Shown: positions 1 through 13,803 of the stretch, piece by piece
Numbering within the stretch: position 1 is the first letter of the stretch
Layout of the letters: every line of letters begins with the position of its first letter
Translations under genes and position numbers: made by a program
Notes under the pieces: generated by a model
What the model was told of the DNA's origin: nothing
The model's input: only the letters and a program-made list of their open reading frames with translations
Database searches by the model: none
Assembly: GCF_006345805.1 (NCBI RefSeq)
Contig: NC_042998.1
Location: 7,998,001-8,062,000 of the forward strand
Direction: 5' to 3'
From: Octopus sinensis
Lineage: Eukaryota
DNA: 64,000 nt

Positions 1-340
1 TGGCACCTTGGGCAAGTGTCTTCTACTATAGCCTCGTGCCGACCAAAGCCTTGTGAGTGGATTTGGTAGACGGAAACTGAAGCCTGTCGTATATATATGT
101 ATATATATATATGCGTGTGTGTGTTTGTATGTCTGTGTTTGTCCCCCTAGCATTGCTTGACAACCGATGCTGGTGTGTTTATGTCCCCGTTACTTAGCGG
201 TTCGGCAAAAGAGACCGATAGAATAAGTACTGGGATTTCAAAAGAATAAGTCCCAGGGTCGAGTTGCTCGATTAAAAGGTGGTGCTCCAGCATGGCCGCA
301 GTCAAATGACTGAAACAAGTAAAAGAAAAGAAAAGAAAGA
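1..340 (+). mobile_element. tRNA-headed SINE family A (CORE-like box, internal microsatellite), cut by window edge
   Basis: ACCTTGGGCAAGTGTCTTC box, internal (TA)/(TG) tract, 3' GCATGGCCGCAGTCAAATGACTGAAACAAGTAAAAG; matches the full copies at 5913 and 8588. Confidence 0.85.
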
Positions 341-425
341 AAGTTCCAAACAATAACATCGTTAGAAAGTCCTCGTTTCATATTTTCCCTTTAGTGTTAA
401 TGATTAGTTTTCATGATGAAATAGA

Positions 426-643
426 AGGCGGCGAGCTGACACGCCAGGCGAAATGCGTAGCCGTATTTCGTCTGCCGTTACGTTCTGAGTTCAAATTCCG
501 CCCAGGTCGACTTAGCCTTTCATCCCTTCGCGGTCGATAAATTAAGTACCAGTTACGCACTGGGGTCGATGTAATCGACTTAATCCGTTTGTCTGTCCTT
601 GTTTGTCCCCTCTATGTTTAGCCTCTTGTGGGTAATAAAGAAA
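426..643 (+). mobile_element. Meta-domain-like SINE family M with Tx1-type tail
   Basis: GGCGGCGAGCTG head, GTCGACTT(T/A)GCCTTTCATCC core, tail TGTCCTTGTTTGTCCCCTCTATGTTTAGCCTCTTGTGGGTAATAAAGAAA. Confidence 0.85.
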
Positions 644-1024
644 CATATTTGTTTACCTGATGAGCTTGATTCCTTTTAAATGCATTGTCTTCGTATTCTG
701 GAAGAAAGAACTTATCATTAGCTATATCAGATGAGATTTGATTACGCTTAAATAAATATCTATGGGGGAAAAAAACTGCAAACGCTTTTGCAAAATGAAT
801 GACATAAAACGTACTCTTTGGTTACACGACAGCTTTTCGGAATAAAAAAAATTCATGTTCTATAAGCCACTTTATTTCAATTGCGATAAAGTTTATTCAC
901 TAATTCACTAATATTTATATTAATGCACATTGTCAGTGTAGCTGAGTAGACACGTGTAAATACGTGCGTGCACTCAAACACATGTGCATATATACATGCA
1001 TACATACATACATACATACATACA

Positions 1025-1107
1025 TTTCACTTCCCGAGCGTTATACTAATACATCTGTTTGTTGTCTACACCTCCTGACTTCGTCTTTTGTGAATTCTCC
1101 CTCCCTA
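1025..1107 (+). mobile_element. 3' tail fragment of the hammerhead-bearing element at 10507-10682
   Basis: TTCCCGAGCGTTATACTAATACA...CTTCGTCTTTTG...CTCCCTAC matches the reverse complement of 10507-10570; embedded in (TACA)n. Confidence 0.6.
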
Positions 1108-1120
1108 CATACATACATAC

Positions 1121-1360
1121 ATGATGGCTGCCCCCTCGTTATCGAGTACGGCCATTGTACGAAGCTTAACTGTTACTGGTGCTGTGATCGAATGTGACTT
1201 TTTAGCCCAGCTAAAGATCTAAAATGTCTTGTACAAAATTGGCAACTAAAACCTTTACGGGTAATAGCCGGCTGTAGTTGTAACTGGGCTTCATGTACCT
1301 TTGCATGTCGTTTAAGTCCTCCTGCCGAATTACACTCTTTTCCACATGCCCGACAGATAT
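1121..1360 (-). mobile_element. RTE-clade LINE 3' fragment with two C2H2 zinc fingers
   Basis: CRACGKECNSAGGLKRHAKVH and CQFCTRHFRSLAGLKSHIRSQH, short 3' UTR CTCGATAACGAGGGGGCAGCCATC, flanked by (TACA)n. Confidence 0.6.
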
Positions 1361-2149
1361 GAATACATACATACATACATACATACATACATACATACAT
1401 ACATACATACATACATACATAGAAAAAGAAATCAACCAACTATCTCGCTTATTACAAATGCAATCTGTAAGTGGAACAGTAAAAATATACGTGACTTTTC
1501 TCAAGTTTAAAATGTGACAGTGTTTTTATTATCAACGTGCATATCTACATGCATATCTACATACATATATGCATACATACATATAAATGTGTACATATAC
1601 GTCTACACACACACAAATACACGCACGAATACATATATATTTATAATTGTACGTATACATATATAGATATATATGTATGTATACATACATACACATATAC
1701 ATCACACAGACACATATGTATATGAGAGTGTGTGTGGTGTATGTATGTTTGCGTACTGTTATGTTTTACCTACTTAAGAACATTGATAAAACACAGAGAT
1801 AAATCAATATAGAATACTGCACCGCTTACCATATGTACAACACACAACGGAGAAATTGTGCAGTAAGAGCATATTAACTCTGAAGCATATTAATACTGCT
1901 TGTCATAATCAAGTTCCTTCCCGTGTCTTAGAGGCTCATATTACCTGTTTCAAAATTTCTGTGGCGTAGGAATATCTCCCAGCCCCGTCACAGCATCACT
2001 CAATTTTTAGCACCTGAGTGGACCTAGGCAAAGTGAAATGAAGTGTTTTCCTTTGGCCGATCCAGCAATCGCAAAACAATCATACGATTATGATTTGAAC
2101 ACCCTAACCACTAAGCCGTGCGCCACCGGTCAAAATTTAGAGGAAGGAG

Positions 2150-3227
2150 ATTTTTTTCCTAAAGTACTACAGGAATTTTAAAATGCAGTCGAAGCGATAA
2201 AAAAGTGTAGACGAGAGTGACTTAACATCACTCGAATTAGAGATATGTTTGAAGCAAATGGAACTGTTCAGAATATCTACAAGAAATGTTCCAGAAGACT
2301 GTGGACATGGACGAACCCAGAAAGTGAGAAAAGGTACTAGAAACGTATTGCCCGAGACGATGAAAATCTGAGCGGCAAGCGAATCGTAAGATGGTAATTT
2401 CAAAATCAATTGTCCATTGCATTTCGATGTGTTGTCATGGGGAAAATTTGCATTCATGGAATAGTCCATGCCCTCAGTGCATTCAAAGAATAGTCCATGC
2501 ACTCGGAGAAAAAGTGTGGAGTTTGCGAATGGTATTTGACAAGATGTGTACAAAATGGTCACTTTCCAAAAGACATGTAAAAAAATGGCTTAATTAACCG
2601 CCACAGTTGCACCTACTGCGGACATGAGAATTTGCATGTGAGGAAGGAACGTCATGTTACTGTATCACGGTTAATTAATTAAAGCGATTAATTGGACCGT
2701 TCTGTTTTGATAGTACTGTGACTCATCCCATTCACTTGAACTTGCTGCGACAATTTGTCCTGTCAAGCATTCAAAGACACTTTGAAGATGTGGAGTTTTA
2801 TTTCAAGCTAAATGAAACATCCCAACACTACCATACTTTTACCGAAATGGTAGATTGAATGAAGAGATTCACTAGAATACCATCAGCATTCACCAAACCT
2901 CACGCCAATAGATTTTATTTAATCGTGTATAATTTAAAGAAGCATTTCACGGTACAAAACCGGCCACAGTCGACGAATTGAGCACAGCCGCTAAACGGGG
3001 ACGCACATAAATACCGAACTAAATGTTTTCTTGATGACTGCGATTCCACCGTTTCGGGTTATCAGCAGCGCCTGGACCAGAAGGGCCATCTGTTTGAAAG
3101 CAGGCTTTCATGGAATATTTTCATTCTTTATGTAAATTCTATTAATTTTTGAAAATGAAATGTATTTTAATAAACGCTGCTTGTATAATCATTCATTGTT
3201 TGTATACATCTTTTTGAGACACCCTGT
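2150..3227 (+). mobile_element. decayed Tc1/mariner transposon
   Basis: right TIR CTTTTTGAGACACCCTG followed by TA; broken transposase-like frames ending in a GHLFE-like motif near 3085; left boundary uncertain. Confidence 0.5.
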
Positions 3228-4194
3228 ATGTATGTATGTATGTATGTATGTATGTATGTATGTATGTATGTTTGTATGTATGTATGTATGTATGCATGTA
3301 TGTACGTATATATAGTAAATACTTCAAAGTATTCGAAAGTTTGTTAAACATCAGGAAACTGTATATGGAATTTCAATTTGTTCAATACTTATTTTTTTAA
3401 GTAATTAAGTAATTAAAAGAGTCTTTTAGCTTAAGAATTCTATGAAATCTTCTTTCCTATCCGGATTACAGCACTTTTGCCATATTTTCTATATAAGAAA
3501 TATTGGGTACCAGGTTTTTAAAAAAACTTACATATTAGTTACATAAACAGGATATTATAAACGACGCATATAGCATTACCATTTAAAATTTTGAGATGAT
3601 GTACAAATTTTCGAATTGTTTATGATGCCGTTAGGTATCTCTGTATATCATGCATGTAAAAATAATTTAAGGCCAGTCTAATTTATTTCAAATGAATGCA
3701 CCTTTAAAGACAGCTCCTATCATTAATTGATTCTTCTTCCACGAAGAATCAGACTACTATATTTGTGTTACCAAATTGCATTTTCAATGACCGAGTCTTT
3801 ATTTTCATTTAAAGTAGAGGTAAATTTGAACTCTTCATGTGCCAGAGGTGGTCAAACACTATTCACAGTCCAGATGTGATTCTTTGACAATTAATATGCA
3901 GCATTAAAAAAAATTGCAGTTAATATAAATGGAAAATAATGAAAACATTCAAGCTTTATCAGATAAATTAACACGATTGCTTGATAATTTTCTCGCTAGA
4001 TCGGATGGCCTGCGGAAGCTAATCTCTTTTTTCGCCTGTCATGTAAATCCATTCTTCGTTCGCAGGGTCAATAGCAGTTCTCCAAATCTCAAATCTCTGA
4101 TTGCAGAATCATCTACTGCAGAAATGGAGCTATTGGAATTATTAAATGGTCTACGTAAAAGTTGATCCACAAATCTAGCTCTACGACTAAGTTC

Positions 4195-4610
4195 TGGAAA
4201 GAAGCTTGCTTTGCAACTACGTGGTTCCGGGTTCAGTCCTATTGCACGGCACGTTGGGTTTTCTACTATTGCTTCAAACCGACCATGCTTTGTGAGTGAA
4301 TTTAGCAGGCAGAACCTCTGCGAAATTTGTGTGTCTGTGTGTGTGTTTTATGCGGGGTGCGTGTGTGTATGCATATAGATACATACATAGATCTAGAGAT
4401 ATCTTTGTATTTGTTTTTGCCTCGTCATCACTCGACAACCGGTATTGGTTTGTTTACGTCTCCACAACTTCGCGGTTCGGCAAAAAAGAATGATAGATTA
4501 AGTGCCAAGTTTCTACAAAAAATATGTGCTAGGTTCGATTTGTTCGACTAAACCGTAGAAGGCAGTGTCCTAGCATGGCCGCAGTCCAATGATTGAAACA
4601 AGTAAAAGAT
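4195..4610 (+). mobile_element. SINE family A, diverged
   Basis: GGTTCCGGGTTCAGTCC B-box-like motif, CGGTTCGGCAAAA, GCATGGCCGCAGTC...GAAACAAGTAAAAG. Confidence 0.75.
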
Positions 4611-5309
4611 AAATTGAAGAGAACTAGTGATGTTCTCCATCTGCAGCACAACATATAAACGCGATTCACAATATACTGTAATTAAATTTGTAAAATCGAA
4701 GTATGGTAAGGTCTTTAATAAATAGATCTGACTGATCACATAGCCTTAAACAAGATATCGATTGGATCTTTAATGCCTCACAACCAAGATGGAGATTTAT
4801 AAGAATTCTGCTAGAAGTGATTTGCGGCTCTGATAGCCTGATAACTGTAGCATTGTTTTCCATAAAACCATTATGATAAGAATGTAATTGCTTATAGTAG
4901 AATCTCATAATAGAAGCTTTAATGTTCTCACTTTAATTTTTTACAGATATTCTTTAATCGGTATTTAGACCAGATATATGATCGGACAAATGTTTCTCCC
5001 CTTTATGCTTTGAAATTTTAGCATTTAATTTGTATGTTAGCAAAATGCAAACTTGCATATATTTTTGATGTTCACATAGTGCATCACTCTGTATGAAGTA
5101 CATTCATTATAATTTAACAATTATCAGTGAAGATGTCGAAAACAGTTGCTATATATGAGTACTTTGTGAATACTAAAACTGATACAAATGAAACGACTTT
5201 CTTTTAACAGTACACAGATGAATACATATTGTCCGTACACGTATATTCCCTAAAATGTAGCAAAATGTGAATTAATGAAAAAATATGCATTTATATTTTT
5301 TTTTCATAT

Positions 5310-5627
5310 ATTATTTATTTATTTATGCACCCTTTTCAAGCCAAGTCAGGCTCGTGGGCCCGGTTTCCCGGTTTCTGTGGCGAATGTATTCCCCCCAGCT
5401 GGACAGGACGCCAGTCCATCGCAGCGTTACTCAAGAAACAGGAAAAGAGAGTGAAAGAAAGTTGGGGCCAAATAGTACAACAGGGGTCACCACCACCCAC
5501 TGTCGGAGCTTCGTGGAGCTGTAGGTGTTTTCGCTCAATAATCACGCAAAACGCCCGGTCTGGGAATCGAAACCGCGATCCTCCGACCGCGAGCCCGCTG
5601 CCCTAACCACTGGACCATTGAGCCTCC
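5310..5627 (-). mobile_element. tRNA-headed SINE family S
   Basis: minus strand GGAGGCTCAATGGTCCAGTGGTTAGGGCAGCGG...GGTTTCGATTCCCAGACC (A and B boxes); related copies at 11367, 32679 and 35690. Confidence 0.85.
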
Positions 5628-5912
5628 TGTTCATATATTGCAACGCTCAAATAATTGAACCTTATCAGTACATGTCATTCTTACGTTAAGAAGATGTGGC
5701 TATGACCACCAGGTAGGGTCTTGAAAAGATTGTTGTGAACAAGATTGTCACATTAAGATTCCGGCTTTAAATCGATGCAATCATAGTTTTGTCTTCAGGG
5801 TTAAGGTTAAAAAGTATTAACAAACAAAATACCAATGCATAATTTTAAATTCTCTCTCTTGTCTGTAATCCTTCAGGAAGATGAAAAGCAACGAAACATT
5901 AACAAACATTAA

Positions 5913-6310
5913 GGCGCAGGAGTGGCTGTGTGGTAAGTAGCTTGCTACCAACCACATGGTTCTGGGTTCAGTCCCACTGCGTGGCATCTTGGGAAAGTGT
6001 CTTCTGCTATAGCCCCCGGCCGACCAATGCCTTGTGAGTGGATTTGGTAGACGGAAACTGAAAGAAGCCTGTCGTATATATGTATATATATGTATGTATG
6101 TGTATGCATATGTTTATGTGTCTGTGTTTGTCCCCCTAGCATTGCTTGAAAACCGATTCACTTAGCGGTTCGGCAAAAAGAGACCGATAGAATAAGTACT
6201 GGGCTTACAAAGAATAAGTCCCGGGGTCGATTTGCTCGACTAAAGGCGGTGCTCCAGCATGGCCGCAGTCAAATGACTGAAACAAGTAAAAGAGTAAAGA
6301 GTAAAAGAGA
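5913..6310 (+). mobile_element. SINE family A, full length
   Basis: GGCGCAGGAGTGGCTGTGTGGTAAG head through GAGTAAAAGAG tail. Confidence 0.9.
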
Positions 6311-8587
6311 GACATTTTCATATCGAGAACAAATTTTCTTTTCAATTATGCAATTTGTACTGGTATTCTGTTCCGAGAAATAGCGATTTTAAATTATTTA
6401 CCTTCAAATTCAGCTCAAGACGTAAAGATTTAATCGGTTATTTTATGTCCAAACATTCACATCCTGTTGGTTGAGGAAATTATGCAAGATGAAAGCCGAA
6501 TAAATTTTTGAATGTACAAAATAGTATAATATGATCATATGAATAAACGATGAAATTGTTCAGCTGGCATGTAAGTTTATGTAATATATTCCTGCATTAA
6601 TGTAAAGAATCATGAGAGGTTCTTCTTTTGGCGGAGGATATTACTAATGTCTCCTATCTGGGCTATATTGAATACATTTGCCAATGCTCGCCGTAGGGCT
6701 GTGGTGAGTTAAATCTCAATGTTGTTTGTTTAGACATTTTTCTTTCATATTTTTACGAATTTCAGTCATTGAGCTGTAGATTTGCTGGAATATTTCGTTC
6801 GAGTTTTATTTTTTTCTCTTATCGATCACAACAACTTTATTACTTATTATTTTCTGGTACTAATTTCATCGTTTGGTTCAACAACAGTTTTGTTTTACCC
6901 GGTAGCTATGTGTCAAACTTATAAAGACACAAACACGCATACATACAAGGATACAAACAAACACGAAGATCTCCTGGAATGTTTTAATCTATCAGAGTCT
7001 AGTGGCAAAGCATTGAACACTCTGGCACAATAGAAGACACTTACCCAGAGATGGTCATGTCAGGCACCAGGTAATGTGATATCAGCAAATGTTACAAACC
7101 CAAATAAATGCTGAAAGCATGTTTCATTGATATATGTGTTAATTAGACTGTTCAATGTTACATTTCCGTGTGTGTGTGTGTGTGTGTATGTGTGTGTGTG
7201 TCTGTGTGTAGAAAATACCATGGCTAACCGTCTATAATCGGTGTTGCTTACCACACATAGAGACTGAACGCCGGGGCATATGGTTGCGAAACAGACCTCT
7301 TAACCACACAGCCATGCCTGTTCTCTGTAGAGATTGATTAACTGTGGTCTACCATAAACGCTAATTTTCTTTAGAACTTTAAGCATGAAAGAGAAACATT
7401 CAATTGAGGTCGTGAACGTTTCTCGTCAACTATCATTAAAATCACATTAACCATTTTATATACGCTTCTCTATTGTCTAGTTGATCTTTTTTATCCAACC
7501 ACTTAGGAAGCAAGACGGCTTTCGTATTTTTACAAGTTGCTTTCTCTATGAAATGAAAATATTTCTGAGTTCTGGTGACTATTTTATGATAATAATTATT
7601 ATATCAAATACATTAGTTCATATGAATCTGTATATACATCTCTGTACTTATGGCTTTTTTCCATCCACTGTTAAGAAAGAAGATTAAAAAGCATTTCTGA
7701 ATTCCTTTAGAGAATACAGTGACAAAAAATATAAGAAATAGAAGTAATTCAAGATGAATATGTTTTGTATGAATCTTTCTTTATTTCTCCATTAGTTATC
7801 TATAAACAGAAAAGTGATACTCAAGTTCAAAACTAAGTGAACCCCCAAACCGCAAAACTCCCCTTTATATTATGAGCTTTCAAAATTAAATTAATTACAA
7901 TTTGACGTGTATAATGTATTTATTACACATATATTTCCACATTTCTGGATGTATATAAAAACGACCTAACGCCTACACACTTAGCCAAACGTTTAAATAT
8001 GGTTTTATTTGAGCTATAATTTATTTGGGTAAGATGTGATAAGTCGTATCCGTGTTTGTTCAACAATAAGCTAAACTAATTATTTGTTGGACTGGGTCGA
8101 CAGTGCTTGCAATCATCCTAAATTAATATTCCATATCTATCCATTATAACTGAAATGCAATATTCCTTTCTTAAACTCTGTTTCTTGAATTTCAAGCAGG
8201 ATTTACCGAGACAGAATCTGGGGTTTTCCTAATAACTTCAATACGTTTACTACACAGAATAATATGTAAATAATAGAATATGCATGGAATATTTGCAAAG
8301 TTTAATGTATAAACTATATGAATATGAATGAAATGAGCGAGGTTATGATAGCTATCAAGAAGATTATTTTACCTTCCCCAATCATCTTTGGAATGTGCTT
8401 TTCGTGAAAGATCGTGTTTTCTTTGATATTTTTCAGATGATGTCTTACAAAGTAACAAGAATATAAAACCTACTGAAAGCGCAGAAATGACAGAACTTTT
8501 CAGATTTTTCGCATTTTGTTCGAATGTAACAGTTACACGTTTCTTATTTTTCCGACACGAAATTTTAGTTTGAAATACATAAACATA

Positions 8588-8752
8588 GGCGCAGGAGTGG
8601 CTGCGTGGTAAGTAGCTTGCTTACCAACCACATGGTTCCGGGTTCAGTCCCACTGCGTGGCATCTTGGGCAAGTGTCTTCTGCTATAGCCCCGGGCCGAC
8701 CAATGCCTTGTGAGTAGATTTGGTAGACGGAAACTGAAAGAAGCCCGTCGTA

Positions 8753-8832
<80 letters not shown>

Positions 8833-9050
8833 GTATGTGTGTGTGCTTGTGTGTGTGTTTGTCCCCCAAGCATTGCTTGACAACCGATGCTGGTGTATTT
8901 ATGTCCCCGTCCTTTAGCGGTTCGGCAAAAAGCGACCGATAGAATAAGTACTGGGCTTACAAAGAATAAGTCCCGGGGTCGATCTGCTCGACTAAAGGCG
9001 GTGCTCCAGCATGGCCGCAGTCAAATGACTGAAACAAGTAAAAATAAAAA
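8588..9050 (+). mobile_element. SINE family A, full length
   Basis: same head, internal (TA)n and tail as 5913. Confidence 0.9.
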
Positions 9051-9395
9051 AAGAAGCATTTTTAACTTTCCAAAATCAGTTGTAAGAATGTAATTAACTA
9101 TTGGTAACACAAGGACAGAAACTAAACAAGCCATCCTGATATTTCCAAAATCGATTTATTAGTTCTTCTTCTCAATAGAATTTGGCAGATACTTGTACCC
9201 AGCTCTCGATATCATGGTGCCATAAAATTTAATTACAAATCATTTAATGTACTTTCCCTTTTCCAAGTGAGAAATTATGCGATTACTTTGGTCTGGTTTT
9301 ATTTTCGTTAAGCGATAGAAATATGGATAAGAGTAACTGGAACTTAATTTTCCGTTGTAAGAATATGGCTTTTATCTTATTTAACGTTGATGCAT

Positions 9396-9443
<48 letters not shown>

Positions 9444-9455
9444 TATATATACGCA

Positions 9456-10221
9456 CTGACTTTGCTGACGACATCGCTCTTATCAGTGATTCTCTCTCCA
9501 ATGCCCAGTCTCTTTTACAATCTCTTGAACAAGCCTCAAATTGTGAAGGTCTTTACCTCAATGAGGCCAAAACTGAATACATAAACAAGTGCCTGTCCAA
9601 CAGTGATTGCATCATCCACACTCTCAACAGTGCACCTTTAAATATGGTTTCTGATTACAAATATCTTGGGTCATACATATCATCATCTGGAAAAGACTTT
9701 CTAACTAGAAAGGGTATGGCCTGGTCAGCCTGTAATGACATGCATAAGATCTGGTCATCAAATCTAAGTAGAGACTTCAAACTTGAAATATTCAAAGCCA
9801 CAGTCGAACCAATTCTACTATATGGCTCAGAAACCTGGACGTTATCAAAGAAGCTTGAGAGGCGGTTGGATGGAACCTACACTCGCCTCCTTATGAGAGC
9901 TCAAAATCTCTCGTGGAAGCGCCATCCAACCAAAATGCAAATATATGGAAAATTACCACCTGTGTCATCTCTTGTGAAAGGTAGGAGAGTCCAGTTTGCT
10001 GGACATTGTTGTAGAGCTGAAAAAGAAGTAATTTCTACTCTTCTCCTCTGGAAGCCATCTACGCGCAATACCAGAAGGCGCACACTCTCCTACCCTGATG
10101 TAATCTCCAGGGATACAGGCATCCAGCAACAGGACCTCCGTAATGCTATGATGGACCGTGAAGTCTGGCGTAACATAGTAAATTCCATTGTCTCGACCAC
10201 GGTCGAACAATGATGATGATG
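9456..10221 (+). mobile_element. 5'-truncated RTE-clade LINE (RT C-terminus)
   Basis: FADDIALIS, YKYLGS, LLYGSETWTL, RRVQFAGH motifs; stop codon runs into a (GAT)n tail; TSD ATATATACGCA at 9445-9455 and 10222-10232. The N-terminal 43 aa of ORF 9323 are flank and microsatellite. Confidence 0.9.
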
Positions 10222-10252
10222 ATATATACGCATATATATATATATATTATAT

Positions 10253-10303
<51 letters not shown>

Positions 10304-10470
10304 GTATATATATGTATATATATATGTATATATATATGTATATATATATACCGATATAATAAGTACTGGGCTTACAAAGAATAAGTCCCGGGGTCGATTT
10401 GTTCGACTAAAGGCGGTGCCCTAGCATGGCCGCAGTCAAATGACTGAAACGAGTAAAATAGTAAAAGAGA

Positions 10471-10506
<36 letters not shown>

Positions 10507-10682
10507 GTAGGGAGAGTTTAGGAAAAAAAACAAAAGACGAAGACAGGTGTATTAGTATAACGCTCAGGAATAGAAAAAAGTCTTTTACTTTTCGAGCCTA
10601 CGCTCTTCTACAGAAAGGGGCACAGAAAAAAAACAAGGAGAGAAAAAAAGATATGTGTAGTGGCTAACGATCTATCATGGCG
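10507..10682 (-). mobile_element. short hammerhead-bearing Penelope-terminus-like element (family HB) in (TA)n
   Basis: minus strand CTTT-CTGTAGA-A-GAGC-GTAG-GCTC-GAAA-AG-TA-AAAG at 10582-10617, followed by TTCCTGAGCGT shared with family HA. Confidence 0.65.
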
Positions 10683-10984
10683 AAATATATATATACATAT
10701 ATATACACACACGTATATATATATAATATATATATATAGTTACTTTTACTCTTGCTCATAACTGAGGTTATCGTGACCGAAGCGAAATGAGTAGTTAACG
10801 GAAAAAAATCTATCGGGTAGATTGCATGAAAGCATAAGAAGAAATTGCATGACATAGAAATTATAACGATAATGATAAAGTATGCCCGGTGTGATGTAAT
10901 GTGGCGCTTTTACATACATAGAAACAGTGTACAGATGTTTAACCATGGGGATATAATACAGATTGTGGAGAAATTCGATTGGGA

Positions 10985-11367
10985 TGGAAGCACTCCGTCG
11001 GTTACGACGACGAGTGTTCCGGTTGATCCGAATCAACGGAACAGCCTGCTCGTGAAATTAACGTGTAAGTGGCTGAGCACTCCACTGACACGTGCACCCT
11101 TAACGTAGTTCTCGGGGATATTCAGCGTGACACAGAGAGTGACAAGGCCGGCCCTTTGAAATACAGGTACAACAGAAACAGGAAGTAAGAGTGAGAGAAA
11201 TTGTGGTGAAAGAGTACAGTAGGGATCGCCACCATCCCCTGTCGGAGATTCGTGGAGCTTTAGGTGTTTTCGTTCAATAAACACTCACAACGCCCGGTCT
11301 GGGAATCGAAACCGCGATCCTATGACCGCGTGTCGCTGCCCTAACCACTGGGCCATTGCACCTCCAC
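10985..11367 (-). mobile_element. SINE with family S head and an alternative tail
   Basis: head GTGGAGGTGCAATGGCCCAGTGGTTAGGGCAGCG; tail ends CGTCGTAACCGACGGAGTGCTTCC, as at 23438 and 24870. Confidence 0.85.
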
Positions 11368-12459
11368 TGGAGAAATTCGATTACTGAATTCGTCATTCGC
11401 TTAACCAAAGATGACTTGGCAAAATAATCATATAAATATCTTCCAGTGGCTTATTTAAACAGTACGCTGTGATACTTAAGCTATATGTTGCACGAAATAA
11501 TGTTTAGATAGATGAATAATCTTGTGTCTGTTAGATATCAGAAAAGAGCTTTATAATTAATATATCATTTACAACTATGAAAACTAAAAAAGTGTTAATA
11601 TGATATGATTAGATGTTTAAAATATTTCACATGTGGAATGAATATTGGGCGTATACCATATGTAAAAGGCGGAAAATTATAAATTGTTATTTTCCATTAA
11701 TTTCCACTTTAATTTGGAGTTCTACTGAAAGAAAAATGTAGTTGTATACAAAATGTTGCTTAGCTGGCAATAGGTAAGCGCATTTGGTCTTAGTTTGCTT
11801 CCAAAATTTATTCTGCAGCAAGACCATATTATGTGTTTGTGTATGTGCGTGTATGTATGTGTGTGCGTGTACTTATATATATATAACAATTTAATAAATA
11901 AAACATATGCATACATACAAAAATATATGTACATACCTACATCTATATGTATATATACATGCATATATGAGTACAGGACACCTCAAATAAACGTAGAACA
12001 CAACGAGAAACGAAAACATAAAACCAAACAAGGAAACGGACTTTTTTAACAACGAAAAAACAAAGTACAAGACAAACAATACAACGAACATTCCCCTTCT
12101 TCAGCTGCCCCTGTTTCGATTCAATGCGTGTTTCGAAGGTAAGGGCAGAACACGACCACGCCGAAGCAATCCTTCCTGCAAAATGAATTAAATAAAAAAT
12201 TTTTGCGGAGGTGTAAAAGAAGTGACAAGAACAGGACGTAAAAGCAATACAAATGAAGAAAAAACAGTATAAATAAAGATAAAAACAGTGAAAGACAGGA
12301 CAAGGAAACCAACAATAAGGGCTTTTTTTAAGCCTAGACGGTGGAAAAATTCGTTAGAACGCATTCTGAAGATCGGCTTGCGGAAGATAGAAAAAAGCCG
12401 ATGTTGACTTGTTGAAAGCAGTGGGCAGAAAGAAAGTTAGTAGCCCTCCGGTCAGCGAC

Positions 12460-12612
12460 GAGAGAGGAGGAGAAGGAGGAGGAGGAGTGAGAGAGAGAGT
12501 GGGAGGAGGAGGAGGAGGATGAGGAGGGGTGAGAGAGAGAGAGGAGGAGGAGTGAGAGAGAGAAGGAGAGTGAGAGAGAGGAGGAGGAGGAGGAGGAGTG
12601 AGAGAGAGAGAA
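12460..12612. repeat. (GAG)n/(GA)n polypurine microsatellite
   Basis: seen directly. Confidence 0.9.
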
Positions 12613-13750
12613 GAAACCAGAAAGGGTGAACAATTAGGAGAGAGACAGGTAAAGAGGAAGACAGACAGATAGGGAGGAAAGGTCAAGTAAAGAGTTACGA
12701 GTACGCGTCATAATTATTGAAATATATATATATATTCTACAAAAGCAGAAAGAAGTGGTAAGCAAGCCTCTACAGGGAATCCAACCCTGTTCCTCTTAAA
12801 TTCCGGTTGAGTGCTCTGGTACCGTTAAGCTAAGAGATCCCTGACTACAGATGCTGTTTTTTTATAGTGTTGAATAATAGCCTTTTGACTGCAAGAACAT
12901 TTTCTAAACTTAGAAAAGATGAGTGCTACAAACAGTTCTGTGCTTTACGATACATTAAATCGGCAGATCGGACTCTTAGTTGTAACTGTCAAGACTAGGA
13001 AGTTTACTACTTGACTAGATGCATTTGTTAAAAGTAGTTGTTTTTGAAGTCAGAATTACGACTGTGTTCCAAGACAACATAATTGAAAAGATAAATCCCA
13101 TCGGTTTACGCGAAGGCAATTTTAAAAGCTGTTATGCAAAATACCAGGCACCTTTCCTACACTTTGATAAAGATAAGGATTGCTCAGTTGGCAATCCTTG
13201 TATGGGTTCTGAAGACCAGATGTATATTACATAGAATCAAGTGAAGAATCGTGGAGAAAATTACGCCAGAAACACGCATCGGTGAAAAGTCTCATATTCT
13301 TTTTTAAGTCCAATAATTCTACAACACTATCTAATCCTAGATTCGAAATTTTTAGCAAACGCAAGCTTATGAGCAAGTTTCTTTTGTACAACTGGAGGAC
13401 ACTTACCCACTCCGGATTGAGTAGCTATCTCACAGACTTATAGTTAATTTCTGTTATATTATATAACAGAATAATATAAGTCAAGGGGGACGAAGATCTT
13501 GAGTTTCTTTTCTTTTCTTCTTTCTCGTTCTAATTTCTGCATGAACCATCGCATTTTTAGTCTCATTATTACCTCATGTTTTCTCATAGACTAGTGTCCA
13601 TATTTTTAAAGACATCCAACGTTATGAACTGGGTTTGAATGATTGCTTGGAGATACATGTCATGTTGTTAAATCTGTCACCTCAATGTGTCTCAAAGTAT
13701 GAAACTGTTAGTAGCTCCTATATATATATATATAACATATTTCTACTATA

Positions 13751-13785
<35 letters not shown>

Positions 13786-13803
13786 TCTCCACGGCATTCA
13801 ATA

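Noticed and set aside
1173-1439. C2H2 zinc-finger host gene exon
   Set aside because: The fingers end in an RTE-like 3' UTR and sit in a microsatellite; the ORF start is (TATG)n.
5540-5627. tRNA genes at SINE heads
   Set aside because: A/B boxes are present but there is no complete cloverleaf, and they continue into SINE bodies.
12080-12190. Hammerhead on the minus strand (GAAGG/CCTTC-GAAACACGC, downstream CTGAAGA)
   Set aside because: Core boxes are in the wrong order or too degenerate and stems I/III do not close; possibly a decayed Penelope terminus.
12334-12686. Ser/Pro-rich ORFs
   Set aside because: Antisense translation of a GA-rich microsatellite.
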